Origin: Botryllus schlosseri
Lineage: Eukaryota
DNA: 64,000 nucleotides
Direction: 5' to 3'
Assembly (NCBI GenBank): GCA_051294905.1
Contig: CM119378.1
Coordinates: 5,022,001 to 5,086,000, forward strand
Part shown: positions 48,199 through 62,800 of the stretch, piece after piece
How the letters are laid out: each line of letters starts with the position of its first letter
Position numbering within the stretch: the first letter of the stretch is position 1
Position numbers and translations under genes: made by a program
Notes under the pieces: model-generated
Databases searched by the model: none
What the model saw: only the letters and a program-made list of their open reading frames with translations
Told to the model about the DNA's origin: nothing

Positions 48199-49178
48199 AT
48201 GTGGAATTAAGCACTGTCTGAACTAGTGCACGCATCTCGCCAAGTGAACCTATGATAAATTTTGCAAACTCTGCTGTGGGAAGGTAGCAATAAGGCTTTA
48301 TTGTAAATCGGTGATGTAAGTCGTGTTTGTGAGACACACACTTATGCCATTAATTAATGCAAAGTTATTTGACATGTTTAGCGCCATTGCCGTTTTGTTA
48401 GAACTATGATAACAGGAGTGAAATTCTATTCTGAGATGCAACTTCGAGTTCGAACTTGAGAATAGAGGATAGCCTCTACCCACACTATATCAGTGGTGTC
48501 AAACATATGGCAAGCAATTCTAAGTATTCGAAAATTGCTTGTATTATCCAGCACTATTCTATTAAATGTTTAGATTTTTCGTAGAAATACTTCAATTAAA
48601 TATTCCCTCAAGAAAGCAAATGCTGAGTTATGTTCATATGCCGCATTCAAGGATATATATCATTGGTCTCATTATAACCATCCGACAGGGGTGTTATGGG
48701 TTTACTCTAGTCCCCACAAGAAACCAAGTCAGTGATATTGACGTCTAATTCCGAAAAGTACACACTGAGTTCAGATGTTTATGAAAAAGTGGTTAAAAAA
48801 GTAGTTCTTCAGTCTTCATTTCCTCAGTCAATGCGAAACCGTTATATGCAGGTTACATGGAGAACTAAATATAGTCACAAAAATATAATTCAAATATCTG
48901 TTGTCGCACCACTGTCCTCGGCCACCATAGAAACCCGAATCGCGATTTAATACTGATGAACCAAATTCGTTTACTGCCTAAACTTATATGCACCCTTGCC
49001 ACTAAGGGATTGGATCAACTTGGATTATCGTTCAAGTCGATTATCGCGTTCATCAGGATTTAACAACCCAGGATTAAGGAAACCGGTTGATCGCCGACCA
49101 TAAATTTACGTTTTATCTCATGTTTTAACAGACCGGAACAAACTATAGATAACTAGTTATCTATAAACACTGCTTACT

Positions 49179-49179
<1 letters not shown>

Positions 49180-49219
<40 letters not shown>
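49180..49219. repeat. (GA)n microsatellite
   Basis: Directly visible. Confidence 0.95.
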
Positions 49220-49222
<3 letters not shown>

Positions 49223-49672
49223 ATCTATTCGGTTCCTTCCATGAACATTGAAAATACATAGTTCGATGAATACAAGGCAAAGTATACGTAATTCAATTCA
49301 GAACCAGGCTGTAGCGAAGGGATCGGGAGATCATCAAGTCAGCTACAGCCTGAAAGGATGGTTGTAATATGAAACTTGAACAGAATATGACACGTTCGCA
49401 AAGCAAATAATATAACATGTTCGCACTGTATCAAAACAGATGTAAGACTAAGTAGGAGCATTCACAGTAGGTGACCTAAAGAATGGTGAAGATAACACAT
49501 TGGCACCGGTTACAGGAACACAAACAAGGCTGAGAGATGCTGATTGACAAATTTAGTGAGTGAGTGACATTCCTAAGCGCAAATATTTCCAATAATGACC
49601 GAGACGATTGTCTCATCATCGAATTGTACGCTTGCATAGCGATATTGATATAACTATCAATATTCTCTAATC

Positions 49673-51506
49673 CAAGGGTCACCCACACCCAGCCCGCGGG
49701 CCGCATGCGTATTGCGCATGTATTTCCTAAGTATAATATTATTTCTTTTGTGGTACTTATGCCCGCCGCCGATGTTAGAGAGCACAGCGTTGTACTGACG
49801 TAAAGTCTTAAAAACGTGATTGCTAAACTGGGTGGCCTATTGTTATCTCCATCGAAATCATGCGGCCCGCGGCCTCTGTGAAATTTGAAAAGTGGCCCGC
49901 GACCCGTTTTGAGGTGGCGACCCCTGCCAGGGGTCACCAACACGCGGCCCGCGGGCCGCATGCGGCCCGCGAGGTCATGTTTTGCGGCCCGCGACCTGAT
50001 TTGGAGAAATTTCGTAAGAATGCTTCGTAAAGCATTTTGAAATGCTGAAATTGATTTCAGTGTAAACATATTGTTGGTGTTGTTCTAAGTAATCCATTCT
50101 ACTGTGCCCAATATCACTATTCCTCACTAGATGATACCGCTTGGGCATGGTAATATCATACCATGGAGGAAGAATTTGCCGATATGAATGGGCATATTGC
50201 CTTGACGTGCAATGGCCCACCACCACCAAGACCGAGGTGCTTAAAAACGACTTAGGGCTCTCCAAAAGACCATACTTTACGTGGAGATTGTTTTCCAGCA
50301 AGTAGGCTACTGTGTCTAGCTAACCCCAATATCGATTCTTTAGACCAGGGGTGGCCAATCTGCGACAGTAGAAGGAAAATTATGCGGCCTTCGACACTTA
50401 GTTCAATTACGATGTGTTGGCGGCCGTCAATATGCAAATCGAATTTACGAATTGACTCCCTTATTAATGAGAGGTTTGAATTCTTCTTGAAATTTTCTTC
50501 GCGCTACGCGCGGTTCAATGCGAGTTGATTTTCAATTTTTATATAGTAGTGTCCTTTGTAATCTGAGTCCCACAGTACAGATGCGAACAGCAGAGGAAAA
50601 TGATGAGCTCCCTAAAGAAATACCAATTTTTAATCGTGTTCCCCTCATCACGAGTGAATTTTTGTCTGGTAGGCCTGCGTTTGGGCGAATCCAATATATT
50701 TCCACTACACCGACAATTCTGATGGGAGGTCAAGAAATAACTGCATGCAACGCAGGGGACTTAATAAGACTTGGCCCACCCAAAGATGCAGCACAGCATT
50801 GATAACTTCCGTACATTTTCCAAGACACCCGCTGCATCATCAACTATACCGGTGAATCTGATCACATTGGCTGAGAAAGGATAAATGTTTGATAGTAATA
50901 TGTGAAACCATACTAATATTTAATGACAAAATTCATTCATGAACATGAAAAAATTTTCGCGCTTCGCGCGACAATCTAACGATTCCCGGTGCCTCTCCAT
51001 AACATGACCGTTCACGATTTCGGTCGCATAGTACGTCGATATGATTAAATAGATTAGTATGGAGTGTACCGGCAATGGACATGGACAGTTTAACGTGGGT
51101 ATTGGGCCCCAATAAGTTCATTACGATTATGTACCGGAATGAGGCCGCAGGCTACATTAGTAATCGAAATGTGGCCGTGTACAGCAAAAGGATTGCCCAC
51201 CCCTGCTTTAGTTGGTACAGACTGTTGTCAGGTATCGTCCGCAGCTCATAGTTCACAATATAATGAAATTGATGATCATGTTATTTTTGTTGTATTTGTG
51301 TTTCTTCAATAAAATGTTATTTTTTTTGTGGTGACTATGCCCGTCGCCAATGTTAGAGAGCACAGGATTGTAGGACGTAGAGTTATCAAATGTGGTTGTA
51401 AAACTGCGTTGCCTATATTTTAATCTTGATATTGAAGTAATGCGGCCCGCGGCCTCTAGGAATTTTGAAAAGTGGCCCGCGACCCATTTTGAGTTGGCGA
51501 CCCCTG
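49673..51506. mobile_element. Head-to-tail hAT-Charlie MITEs (49673-49926 and 49928-51506) with a nested MITE (50346-51205)
   Basis: CAGGGGT(C/G)...ACCCCTG termini, repeated GCGGCCCGCG motifs, nested copy TSD ctttagac/ctttagtt (6/8). Confidence 0.7.
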
Positions 51507-53868
51507 GTATAAACGAACAACATACACATAAGAAAGCCATGTTCGAACAGCAACAACAACTGGCGTAACCGATGCCAGCTGGGCAAAATTATAAATTTTC
51601 AGCACGGCAGTTGGTAATATTTTGACTTTTTTGACGTTTTGGCACGCTTCATATTAAAGGTTGCGGACCGCTGCGTTAGGCTATATTTCAATGCACTTTG
51701 ACACGAGAGGCAAGTATTGGCCTTTATAGAAGTGTTTCATGTTACATGCTGATGCTTTTGAACCTACACAGAACCCGCGCGCTAAAAATTAACTTTCATT
51801 TAGCGCTTAATCAAACAAGGTTGGAACTGGTGCGTGCATCTCGGTTTGTTTGGTGGCAATGCTTATGCTTGAGGTTAGTCTGCCATTGGTATTGCCAGAA
51901 GTGTGTATTGCGTCCCATCACCGCATTAGTTTATCGGGGTTGCAAAGAGTAACCAGAAACACTGACTTATACCATTTACGACTTCAGGCAGACGTCTATA
52001 GGACATATTTTGGATATTCATACGTCGTAACTGCCGGTTCGAGCATTTGCCACGTCGCGCCGACGTTTCAGAGTTCTGACTATTACTTTGTAATGCAATT
52101 TCTCCGTTTTGTCATCATAATCACAACCATTTCTTTCAATATTCATCAGTTCAAAGCATCGCAGGATTTCGATACAGTGAAGAACAGGAAAAACTCGAAA
52201 CGAATTGAAATAGTCTTTCAATCAAACATCCACCTTGGATGTACTTGTGCAATGTACTGTACAGTGTACACAGTGTACACAGTGCATATATTATTAACGA
52301 AACATGAAGACACTGAATAGAAAACAAGCGGTGTCTTAAAAAAGCCTGGTAGTGGGCCGTGCTACAAATTGGTTAATACGTACTCAATAATCATAATAAA
52401 AAACATCGGCCAGGTATAAAATGATCAATGTAGTCGCGTGCTTGAGACCACTGATATAGTTCAATCCGCACATGGATTCAATATTCCACTTTTGTTTAGC
52501 TCGCTATTGAAAATTTCTCATACGGTATGACTGTTAGACTTTGTTATATTGTCTACACTGGACATATAGTTCCATGAATATTCAGGCATGGTGCAAAAGT
52601 CCTCAGTTTCTCGAGAAGTACCCTCTCGCCCCCGTACCTACATACAACCAGGCTACTGATTCGGACTAATTGCCTTCAATCAATCAGGGTCAAGTTGGGC
52701 GTATAATGACAAAACATATTTCTGGGCGTTTTGAACCTGAAACTGGCTCAGCGGACCCATAGTGTTCCATGGTATTCCGGTGAAGATACACCAGCACAAT
52801 TGAAGGATAAGGAAGCACGTGAGTGTGTTGCACCTATGTGCTTTCGATCTCGAAGTGCAGAAGTGGACAAATTTTCCGAGCCAGTCATCGCAATGGAACT
52901 GATACATAAACACGGCAATTTTACAGTTGCACGGGGTCGGGTGCATTTATTTGGCTCTTTTGCGACTTAGCCCTGATATTTCATCCCAGCGAAACATTGT
53001 GAAAGTAAAGATTGTTCGGAAGTACCTGGCTCCTCTGAATTTCGATTATCTGTTCAATGGTATAAACCAGTGGTCGGCAACCATTCGCATGCGGCGTGTC
53101 AAAATGTCAAGAATGTCAACATAATACTAACTGGCGTGGCAAACGTTTTTTATTTTGTCATATTTAGTGTTTCAAGCGAGGAATGCACCCACTGCTTAAC
53201 TGTAGTTCGCTTTGGCATCGGTTACGCCAGTGAAGGCTCTAAATTTTGGTCGCTATCGCACTAGACCTATTGCTTAATGTACGTAGTCGCACTATCATCT
53301 ATATTCTATACTGCGTGGTTGCTTTGGTCGTCACTCGGTATGAACATACAGCAGTTGTTACTGAGATCATGTGAAGTAACACGTGCATAGTCATACAGTC
53401 AGCCCACCCCAAAAGGCTGTGTATTTAATCCTATCCCGAAAGCCTGCGCAATCTCAAATTCATATTTTTTTAAAAATATTCTACCGAATATTTAGGGAAT
53501 AGTGGTCGGCATGCATTCATTCTATTGATGTTCATTTTAGATACGCATCACATTCTCGTGAGCGTGACGAATGTTATGTAATTGCATTTACACAGTTGTT
53601 TACATTTGCAGTCTGTTGTTCTGTAACTGTTGACTTGTGACACGATTGCATAAGGGATAATTCACCCTAAATGTTTGACTGGTGCGATTAGCGAGGTCTT
53701 GATTAATCATTGTTTGAAAGGAAATAGATTCTTTACGGCCAACTGCAAAGGCATATGCGTAAGGCTTGACTATTCTACGGTGTGCATCAGGATATACGCC
53801 AACGAACCCTACGGCGCAGGCAAACGCATTTTCAGATATATACTGTATGGACCAGAAAGAATAAAGAA

Positions 53869-56800
53869 ATGGGAAGATATATCCTAGTCCTAATTCTTTC
53901 AATGACAGCGGTACAATTGCGTAAAGGTGGGAAACGCTTTCCTGTCGTGATGAAATATACTTTCATGGACATGAGCAATAGGGCTCTTCAAAAATGACTT
54001 TTTTTCTCAAATCGTACTGGCTACTTGATAAAATTGTTACGTTACCTAATTTAAGCCTACACACAAAATTTGGTTCAATTCCAACCAGTAACCGCTTTGC
54101 TACACGAGAAGTAAGTTTCTATTTATTATATAAAAATAAATAATAAAAAATTTGAAAATTTTCTGTTCACCACATGAAAGTGTTAGGCTGTCTATAGAAA
54201 CGATGCTCACCAAATTTGGTTCAATTCCAATCAGTGGAAGCGGAGCTATTGCCGTCGAAAAATTTGGATTTGAATAAAATAGTATTTACGGTGAGCTCAA
54301 CTGTAATAAATAAACAAAGAATCGGTCACCGTAAATACTATTTTATTCAAATCCAAATTTTTCGACGGCAATAACTCCGCTTCTACTGGTTGGAATTGAA
54401 CCAAATTTGGTGAGCATCGTTTCTATAGACAGCTAAAACAGCTAGAATGTCAGGTAGACGAAAACGAGATTAAAAATATCCTCAACCAAATGGACAATGA
54501 CAAGTCGCCAGGGTCTGACGGACTATCAAAGGAATTCTACCTGCAATACTGGAATATGATAAAACATGATTTATGTGAGGTAATAAACAATGCCTACCTT
54601 TTCGGTGGATTATGTAGCACCTGGAAAACGGGAATAACGACGATAATTTACAAAAAAGGCCAACCCACAGAATTAAAAAATTGGCGACCTATTACTTTAC
54701 TAAACACAGACTACAAAATACTCACCGGACTGATTGCTAATAGACTAAAACCAATACTACCAAATCTCATTCTTGAAACACAAAAATGTGCAATAAAAGA
54801 TCGTGAAATCACGGATATTTTACGAAACACGCAAGCTGCAACAGAATACGCGAAAGAGAAAAAGAAGGAACTCCTGATAGTCAACTTAGATCAGGAAAAA
54901 GCTTTTGACCTGCTAAATCATGAATACCTTTTCAAAATTCTTGAAAGTTATCATATGCCGGAAACATTAATGCGGCTGATTAAACACATCTATAACACCG
55001 CATCGAGTAGAATTCTGGTAAATGGCGCAATGACACACCCCATAAAACTGGGTAGAGGGATACGGCAGGGGTGTCCTCTGAGCATGGCGCTCTACGCCAT
55101 TAGTTGTGACCCCCTAGCCAGGAAAATAACGAATAACGAAAAAATCCAACCCTTCAGAATCGGAAAAGCCACCATAAAAATCCAACAATATGCCGATGAC
55201 ATAACTTGCTTCCTTACCAACGAAAAAGACATTGGCCGCATATTCCAGGAATTCAACAAATTCGAAAGAGCAACAGGACAGAAACTAAATGCGGAAAAAA
55301 CCGAAATCTTGCATATCAACCAGAATAAGTGTTCGAGCCGAAACCCGATTTACGATAATAAGAAAAAACGAAGCATAAAAATATTAGGTCAACACTATGG
55401 AAAAAATCAGATTGAAGAAACCTGGAGCGAGAAAATTGCGAAAATCAAACGAACACTATATGGCTACCGTGATAGAAAACTGACATGGGTAGGAAAGCTT
55501 ACGATCCTGAACTCCCTGGCATCAAGCCAGATCATATATAATGCGAGGGTAATAACAGCACCCAGAGAAATAAAAAAAGAGCTAGAGAAGCTATATTACA
55601 ACTTCTTATGGCACCCCCAAAAGATGGAAGCAATAGCCAGACGAACGCTTATTGCAGAAAAAAAGAGAGGGGGGGTCGCAATGCCGGACGTGGAATCAAA
55701 GTTCAAAGCGTGTGAACTTGAAAAAATTGTCGCGCTGAAAAAATTGGATCAACCGAAGGAGATATGGCATCAACATGCCATATACGAAATCGGCACAAAA
55801 TTGAAACAAATTAACCCCGTGCTCTATAATAACTCTGAGCCGCATAAATTCCCGACACCCGAAAACTGGGTGGAAAACCTGGAATTAACAAAAAAAATAA
55901 AACTCACAAACGATGAATGGGAAGTCGCATCTCACAAAACGCTATACAAAGAAGTCAAGAAACTGAAAGAAAACAATCCAAATATTAGAACAAAAAACGG
56001 AGACGAAATCAACTGGAATAAAATTTGGCAATCGAAACATATGGGACATAAAGTAATAACCAACGAGGAAATAATTATAAACTACAAAGTAGTCCACGAA
56101 GGATTCATATTTGGGGCAAAACGGAAAAGCAGAAACTTGACCCATGACAAAGATAATAAACCGCTCAACCTTAATTGCAAATTTTGCAATAACGAAAAAG
56201 ATGACATAAGACACATACTAACAGAATGTAAATATGCAAACGAAATTAAACTCCATGTTGAAAGAGCGCTCGGAATAACAATAAACGAAAATAACATACT
56301 CTACAACCATAAAACGGCGAAATTAATGTGGATAATACTATCCATATTAAAGAAGGTTGTGATAAAATTCAAAATAGCTCTAGATATTGATAATAGAAAA
56401 GCAGGAGAGGAAAAAATTGGAAGAAAGATCCTGGAAAAATTCATTACCAGAATGAAAAGAGTACCAGAAAATGAAAACATCAGCGAAATTATCGCAAAAA
56501 CTGACGGATACCTACAAATTCTGTAGAAATTTTTAAAAGTAAAACCATTGAGATTACAGTGGGGGGAGTAAAACATGAGTATAGCAGTAAAATAGAGAAG
56601 TTAAAAAGAATGAGAGAAACCGTTTTATCAAGTTGAACCATTTAATCACCTAAGTTGGAAAATATAAAAAACAAACTAAAAAAAAAAAAAAGAAAGTGTA
56701 ATCAAGACCCCGAGCGCGAGACAGCCCTACACATACGAGAGGGCTGCCGAACGCCGGCGGATACGGGGAGCCGTATAAAAAAAAAAAAAAAATGAGCATC

Positions 56801-59800
56801 GTTTCTGTAGACAGCGTAACACTTTCATGGGGTGAACAGACAATTTTCAAATTTTTTAATATTTATTTTCATATAATAAATAGAAACTTACTTCTCGTGT
56901 AGCAAAGCGGTTACTGGCTGGAATTGAACCAAATTTTGTGTGTAGGCTTAAATTAGGTAACTTAACAATTTTATCAAGTAGCCAGTACGATTTGAGAAAA
57001 AAAAGTCATTTTTGAAGAGCCCTAATGAGCAAGCGACAATTATGTAAATATATGCTGCTATATCCTGGTGGGGTTCCGAAAACCAGGAATAATACCCATC
57101 CGAAATACCATCGCATCACCTAGTTAATTCTCTATATCCAATCTGAATTTCAAATCACAGTTAGAGCTAAAATTGTAAAAATGCATTATATATACAGGTA
57201 ACTAATATTTTGCCAAAGCCTACTAGTATATCTGACAGTTTATTAATATTACCATTGTTTCAGTATCTGCACAATGTCCTGATGATTGGAAAGAGTACGA
57301 CGACCACTGCTGGTTTTTCTCAAAAGGAATAGGTCGCGACATAACGGATACATATACTGGAGCACGATCATATTGCACTTCGCGCGGAGCAGACCTCGCT
57401 ATTTACGATACCGTTGAGCAGAGGGTAAAAAATGATTACTTAAATCGAGATTCATCAGATCACATGGAAATACGTTGTCACATTTCATTGCCGATTCTGT
57501 ATCATATTCAAAAATATTTCTAAACCTATCTAAGAATGATATTTTCGTCGTAAAATACTTCCTTGATCACAAGCGAGAAAACTAAAGTGTTGATGTCTGA
57601 TTAAAAACAGTCAATATGATTACCTAATGTAGGCCTACTATTTTGATAACGACACTTTGAGACATTATTTGAAGAGACTCTTTGGGGTACAGAACTTTAT
57701 TATACATTTTAATAATATATTCATTGCAGAAATATATTAAAACCCGAAGCTTGTCGAGCTGACACTCTGCAAGGGCAATCGTCAGCAATGGAGAATGGAA
57801 ATGTAGAATTTCAAAAACATGCATCTAGCTTATATTGTATACAACCAATTATGACGTCATAAAAACAAACCACATGAACTCTGATATATTTCTGCAATGA
57901 ATATATTATTAAATTGTATATGAGACATTATTGTTGCCTTTGGTCCCTGAACGCTAAATTATATCCGAACTTTTAGACGACCATGTAGGACATTCCTGTT
58001 TGCGTAGCTATCACTTTCATTCTTACATTATAATCTAATCTAAACTAAACCGAGCACTCCGAGTCGGGGTATTTTATTTTCAATTTTAATTCCTCTGATT
58101 TCATCAGTGCAATATTACAAGGTTTAATCGGATGTTGAATTCGTCAGGATTACGCATACGAACAAGTGAGAACCTTCCAGCCCTCGCGCTGGTGGATTGG
58201 ATTAAACGACCTCGAACTTGAAGATTACTACAGATGGGTGGATGGCTCCGACATTGCTGATGGCGTCAAGTACAGTCGATTTAGCTAACAGTTTGTGATC
58301 CAAGTTTCTAATAGTAGATCTCTCTTGGATCACCGGTATGGAGATTACTGACATTATTACTTAAAGTATTTCGAGGTAAAACATTGCTCCTAACAGTTTC
58401 CGTCTTCGGAATTTCAGGTTTTGGAAGCAGGGAGAGCCCAGCCACACAGGGGGAGAGGACTGTGTTGAGATGTGGGTGGAGTTACCGCTTTACAGGGGAA
58501 GATGGAACGATAGGAGCTGCGACGCTGTTGTCAATTTCGTATGTAGGGGTGATCTCGGTGAGTCGTCAATTCGTCATGTATGGATGTTTCAGCGTAGAAC
58601 ATCGAATGATTCATTTGGACGACTTCTCTTGGGCCTGATCTCATACTTTTCCGAGAGAATTCCAACTCACACTGAGACTAGATCGACTGAAATTTGAGTG
58701 ATAGGTATCGGACATCAGCTGAATCTTTGAAAAAGATTCACAGATAATTCCCTTTGTCATCAACGTCTTGCTTCATTCATCCACAAGTCCGCAGGAATAA
58801 ATATAGCTTCCTATCATAAACTGTAAAACATGTGTATCGTGATTGAACTTTACAACAGGTATGAGCGTTGAAAGTTGCGAGTCGGGGTGGACGCAAGGCA
58901 GTACTGGTTGCTACAGACCCTTTACAACAAGATATATGTGGCAAGAAGCCAATGCTCTTTGCAGGTAAGTTGACCGCTGATGAGTAGCCTACATATCGTC
59001 ACAGAATTGATTAGAGTAAATATAGAGAATTGATCTGAATATGAAATTGTGAATATGAATTTATGAGTTACCTCTTGGAAACCACCCGCACCCGCTTGAA
59101 TACCGGTAACACCCCGATATTTCAGTACCTATGGAGGAAGACTCACTTCAGTTACTACTTCTCAAGAGCAAAGCTTTGTTCAAAATGTGATTCAAGCCAG
59201 TGGAATTTTTGAAAACTTCTGGATTGGTCTCTCGGACACGGCAAGTATTTCTTTACTCGACATTTCATGTTTTTCATTCCTTTTTTGATAGCTAGCTAGC
59301 TGATCAAATCTAACGACTTTTGCTTACGGCTCGGGCGTTTATTACGTCCGCGCAAACTTATTGAGAAATTATGACATTGCTCATAGGGTCACTGTGATGT
59401 TATTAGCGAACCAATAGTAAAACGGTGATCGAAAAATACAGAATTTCAAAGTTATTGCGATGCTTGTTGCTGCTAGAACCTGGTGACGATGAATTCGGTG
59501 ATTGCCAGTTGTTGACATTTGTCAATAGCCAATATTTATGTATGTTACGGTTTTTAATATAGATTTCACCTTCTTGTTATATGTTATGGCTTGACGGACT
59601 AAGGAATAATCCATAAATATGATCATCCATGTATCTGTCTGTCTGCCTGTACGTCTGCCTGTCTGTTCTTAAGTTTCATTACACGAAAAAGGACGTTCAA
59701 GTTCAAGGCTCTGTGACACGTTACGGTACTATGATTTTCCCACAAATATACCTGGGGAACTCCCGAGAATGATTATGTTCTGGAATTATATAGATCGGCT

Positions 59801-62800
59801 GTAGGCCAGCTTGGCCTTCCCCGTAGCCCTGTAGTCTCTATACTGGAATCTCGAATTCTTGATAATTCAAGCATATGGTGTAGCAAGATGAGTTACTGGT
59901 ATCTAACGCTGACAAGTAGCAACGTTTGAAATGTTCGGGCGTCGAAAGAGTTTAGTGTGACTTAGAAATGTTCACCTAAAGTTTGAAATACACGGTTAGT
60001 GTTAGTGATGGTTTTCGTATCTGGTGAGATCACGGAGACGTTTCATCTGAAACGTTTATGACCTTATTTGCTACATGAAATATACGCACAAATTGCACAT
60101 GGACATGACAAATGCTATATCTGTGTATTGTATATGTACATTGTACAACTACGATAAAGCACCGGATTAACTTCCTGTCTTCCATAGCATAGCAGGCACA
60201 ATACTGTGTTTGAATATTGTGATGTTAGTAATAGTAATAGTACTATTAAAAACATATATATTCAAGTGCCGTTATCTTGATTTTGCTTCGTACATATCTA
60301 TTACCCCATTCTTAGATATTTGTTTGAACCAATATCATTTTAGGCGACTCCTGGGACGCTGCAATGGAGTACGCATGAGAGTTTTTCATATGACAATTTT
60401 ATCAATGCTATCAACCCGAGCAGGTGTGTATGATATTCAGAGGCGGTTAGTAACAAAGTCCTACTTCAAGTAGATTTTGCTGACTTACACTACTTTTACT
60501 TTTTCTAGAGTATCAATGATGACTAGTTTGACGACATTTGATGGTGTTGTGTTCTTATGTGTTGATTTTAATATACTCTGATAAGACTTGGGCAACGAAC
60601 AACATAAAGTTTATAATCACTTTTCAATAAATAGTTTCGTCAGTACACTAGTGTCCATTCTCTATTTTCCAGTCCACCATACTCAGGAAGCAGCTGTACT
60701 GTCATGGATCCCAGTAATAACTATCAGTGGAATCTGGTAAAGTGTGTGAACGAATATAACTTTGTCTGTGAGAAGGGATTTCAGGGTGAGTACCAGTGTA
60801 ACACTGGATTATAAAATATTAACAATCCAGCAGTGATTAAATTACAGGCAGTTAACGATTATCATTGACTACATACAGTCCATCAGCAAATCACCATTAC
60901 GAATGTGACATCACAGATACATCCCGACTCATACTTTCTGCGTAAATCAGGGCTGTAATCAAGTCACACGGATCCGATTCACGTGTCAATCTTAATTTTA
61001 TAGTCTTGCTTTAAGTGAAATAAACTGGGCGAATGCCTCGCATTCATAATATACTAATTTTTCTCACTCATAGCAGTTTCTGGCCCTATTTTCCAAGTAT
61101 CAGTACCAATAGACCAAATACAAAAGATGTGATAACTTTGCTATTAAGCGAAGTAACAATGAAATACCTGTTGCAGCTGTCCGATTTTTGAGCCATACGA
61201 CTTGGTAGAGTCATGCGCAATGACTCGAGTGCGGGCCGATCAATAGAACAAACGACTCAAGTTGAGTCGAGTAACCAAAAATCGTGACTCGAATCAAATC
61301 ACGACTCGAGTTATTACAACCCTGTGTAAAACTATGCAAAATTATATCACTATATTCAGTAATTCAGTTTAAAAATGCAATTACTATGAACCCTCTAAAA
61401 ACGACTCGCCAACCATTCTCCGCTCAATCCTACGCTTGTTTATATTCGGTAGCCACTTGCCCTCCAACGTGGACATGGCTGGCTGGAAAATGTTACGATC
61501 TTGTGGTTAATCCCAATAGAGCAGCCACATGGACTACTGCAAATGAAGAATGTCAGTTATATGGCGGTGGTCTTATAAAGATTCAAAGGTAAATTTCGAA
61601 TGAATATGCAATCACTATGCCTGTCCTAATAGTTTCGGTACTTATGAATGTATCTCATTTCTAGTGAAAACGAACAGAAGGCTCTTGGAAGCGCTTTGGA
61701 GCAGTATTACAATTCTGGAGCTGATGCTATATGGATCGGAGGATCAGACATTGGACATGACAATACTTTTACATGGTGGGACAACTCTGCACTCGGTACG
61801 ACTTATTGGGATGATAACATGCCTAGGGAAAATGTCGGTAAGTTAATGAATGTCTAATAGCGGTGTTCAAAATTGACTCTTTTTTTTCAAATTGTAATTT
61901 CCCACCTCCTCCTCTCTCTCTCTCTCAACGGGTTTAATGGCAATTGCAACATTGTTTTGGCAGATCGCTATGACTGTATGGCCATGTACTCTGCAAGTGC
62001 AGGCATTAATAACTGGGAGACAACGAGCTGCTTTCATGAGCGTCAATTCATATGCGAATTACCCGAGGGAGCAGTTCTGCCTCAGGTTAACCCGATTGTC
62101 AGTAAGTATTGCAATCATCTCTGCATATGTGACATTGTGTCATCAATATTCTGCATTCTCATATATTTCTTGTTTAGTTACATCTAGCGTCTGCTAGGAC
62201 ACATGGTATATAATATAGAATGACCACTGATTTTGACACCCTCACACTACTATAAAGTGTCATTACTTGAATTTTATTGATTTAGACACATAATGCATAG
62301 AAATTTATTTACTTATTCTTTTTGTAGTCTTATGATGACAGACATAATAGCATGTGACATTTTAGCATGCGGATCGAGGTTTGTTGTGGGCTTGGGCTAG
62401 AGTTGAGTTGATTTACAGTTGGTTTCATCTTTAGGGTTAGTTTTAGTGTTATAAGGTTACACACTCAAGTGTGTGGGATTGGTATTTCAATCAACAGCGT
62501 CAATCAGCACTTCTATGTGTGATGTGCATTCTTCCGAAAGAGAATCTTTTCATCTTCAGTTGACGGAAAGTGCAAAGACGGATGGCGTTGGCTGCAAGGG
62601 TTTTGCTTCTTCTTTGGAGAAAGTGAACGGAGCCAGTCTGATGCGAAGAAATTCTGCGAGGATCAGTCCGACCGAGATCATCCATCGACACTAGCAAGTA
62701 TTCTGACCGCCAACGAAGAGTCATTCATCGTTGGTAAGTTGAGAAAACGCGACGCATTACTACGCAGACTTGGACAACTAGAGAATTCTAATTGTCTATT

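Larger units (their letters stand above)
53979..57024. mobile_element. Palindromic hAT MITE (about 664 bp without the LINE), interrupted by the Tx1 LINE
   Basis: TIR TAGGGCTCTTCAAAAATGAC at both ends. Perfect 8-bp TSD ATGAGCAA at 53971-53978 and 57025-57032. Arms are long inverted repeats around a spacer near 54290-54330. Confidence 0.9.

Noticed and set aside
49476-50069. 197-aa ORF
   Set aside because: It lies over tandem Charlie-like MITEs, and the repeated MRPAGR motifs derive from GCGGCCCGC repeats.
48491-52453. Large hAT element bounded by CAGTGGTGTCAAAC and GCTTGAGACCACTG
   Set aside because: The flanks are inverted (actatat/atatagt) rather than a direct 8-bp TSD, so these are probably ends of two separate MITEs.
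51850-52970. 156-aa and neighbouring ORFs as an extra gene
   Set aside because: No domain motif or consistent exon chain found; left unannotated.
55092-56576. Antisense ORFs within the LINE
   Set aside because: They are shadows of the A-rich RT coding strand.
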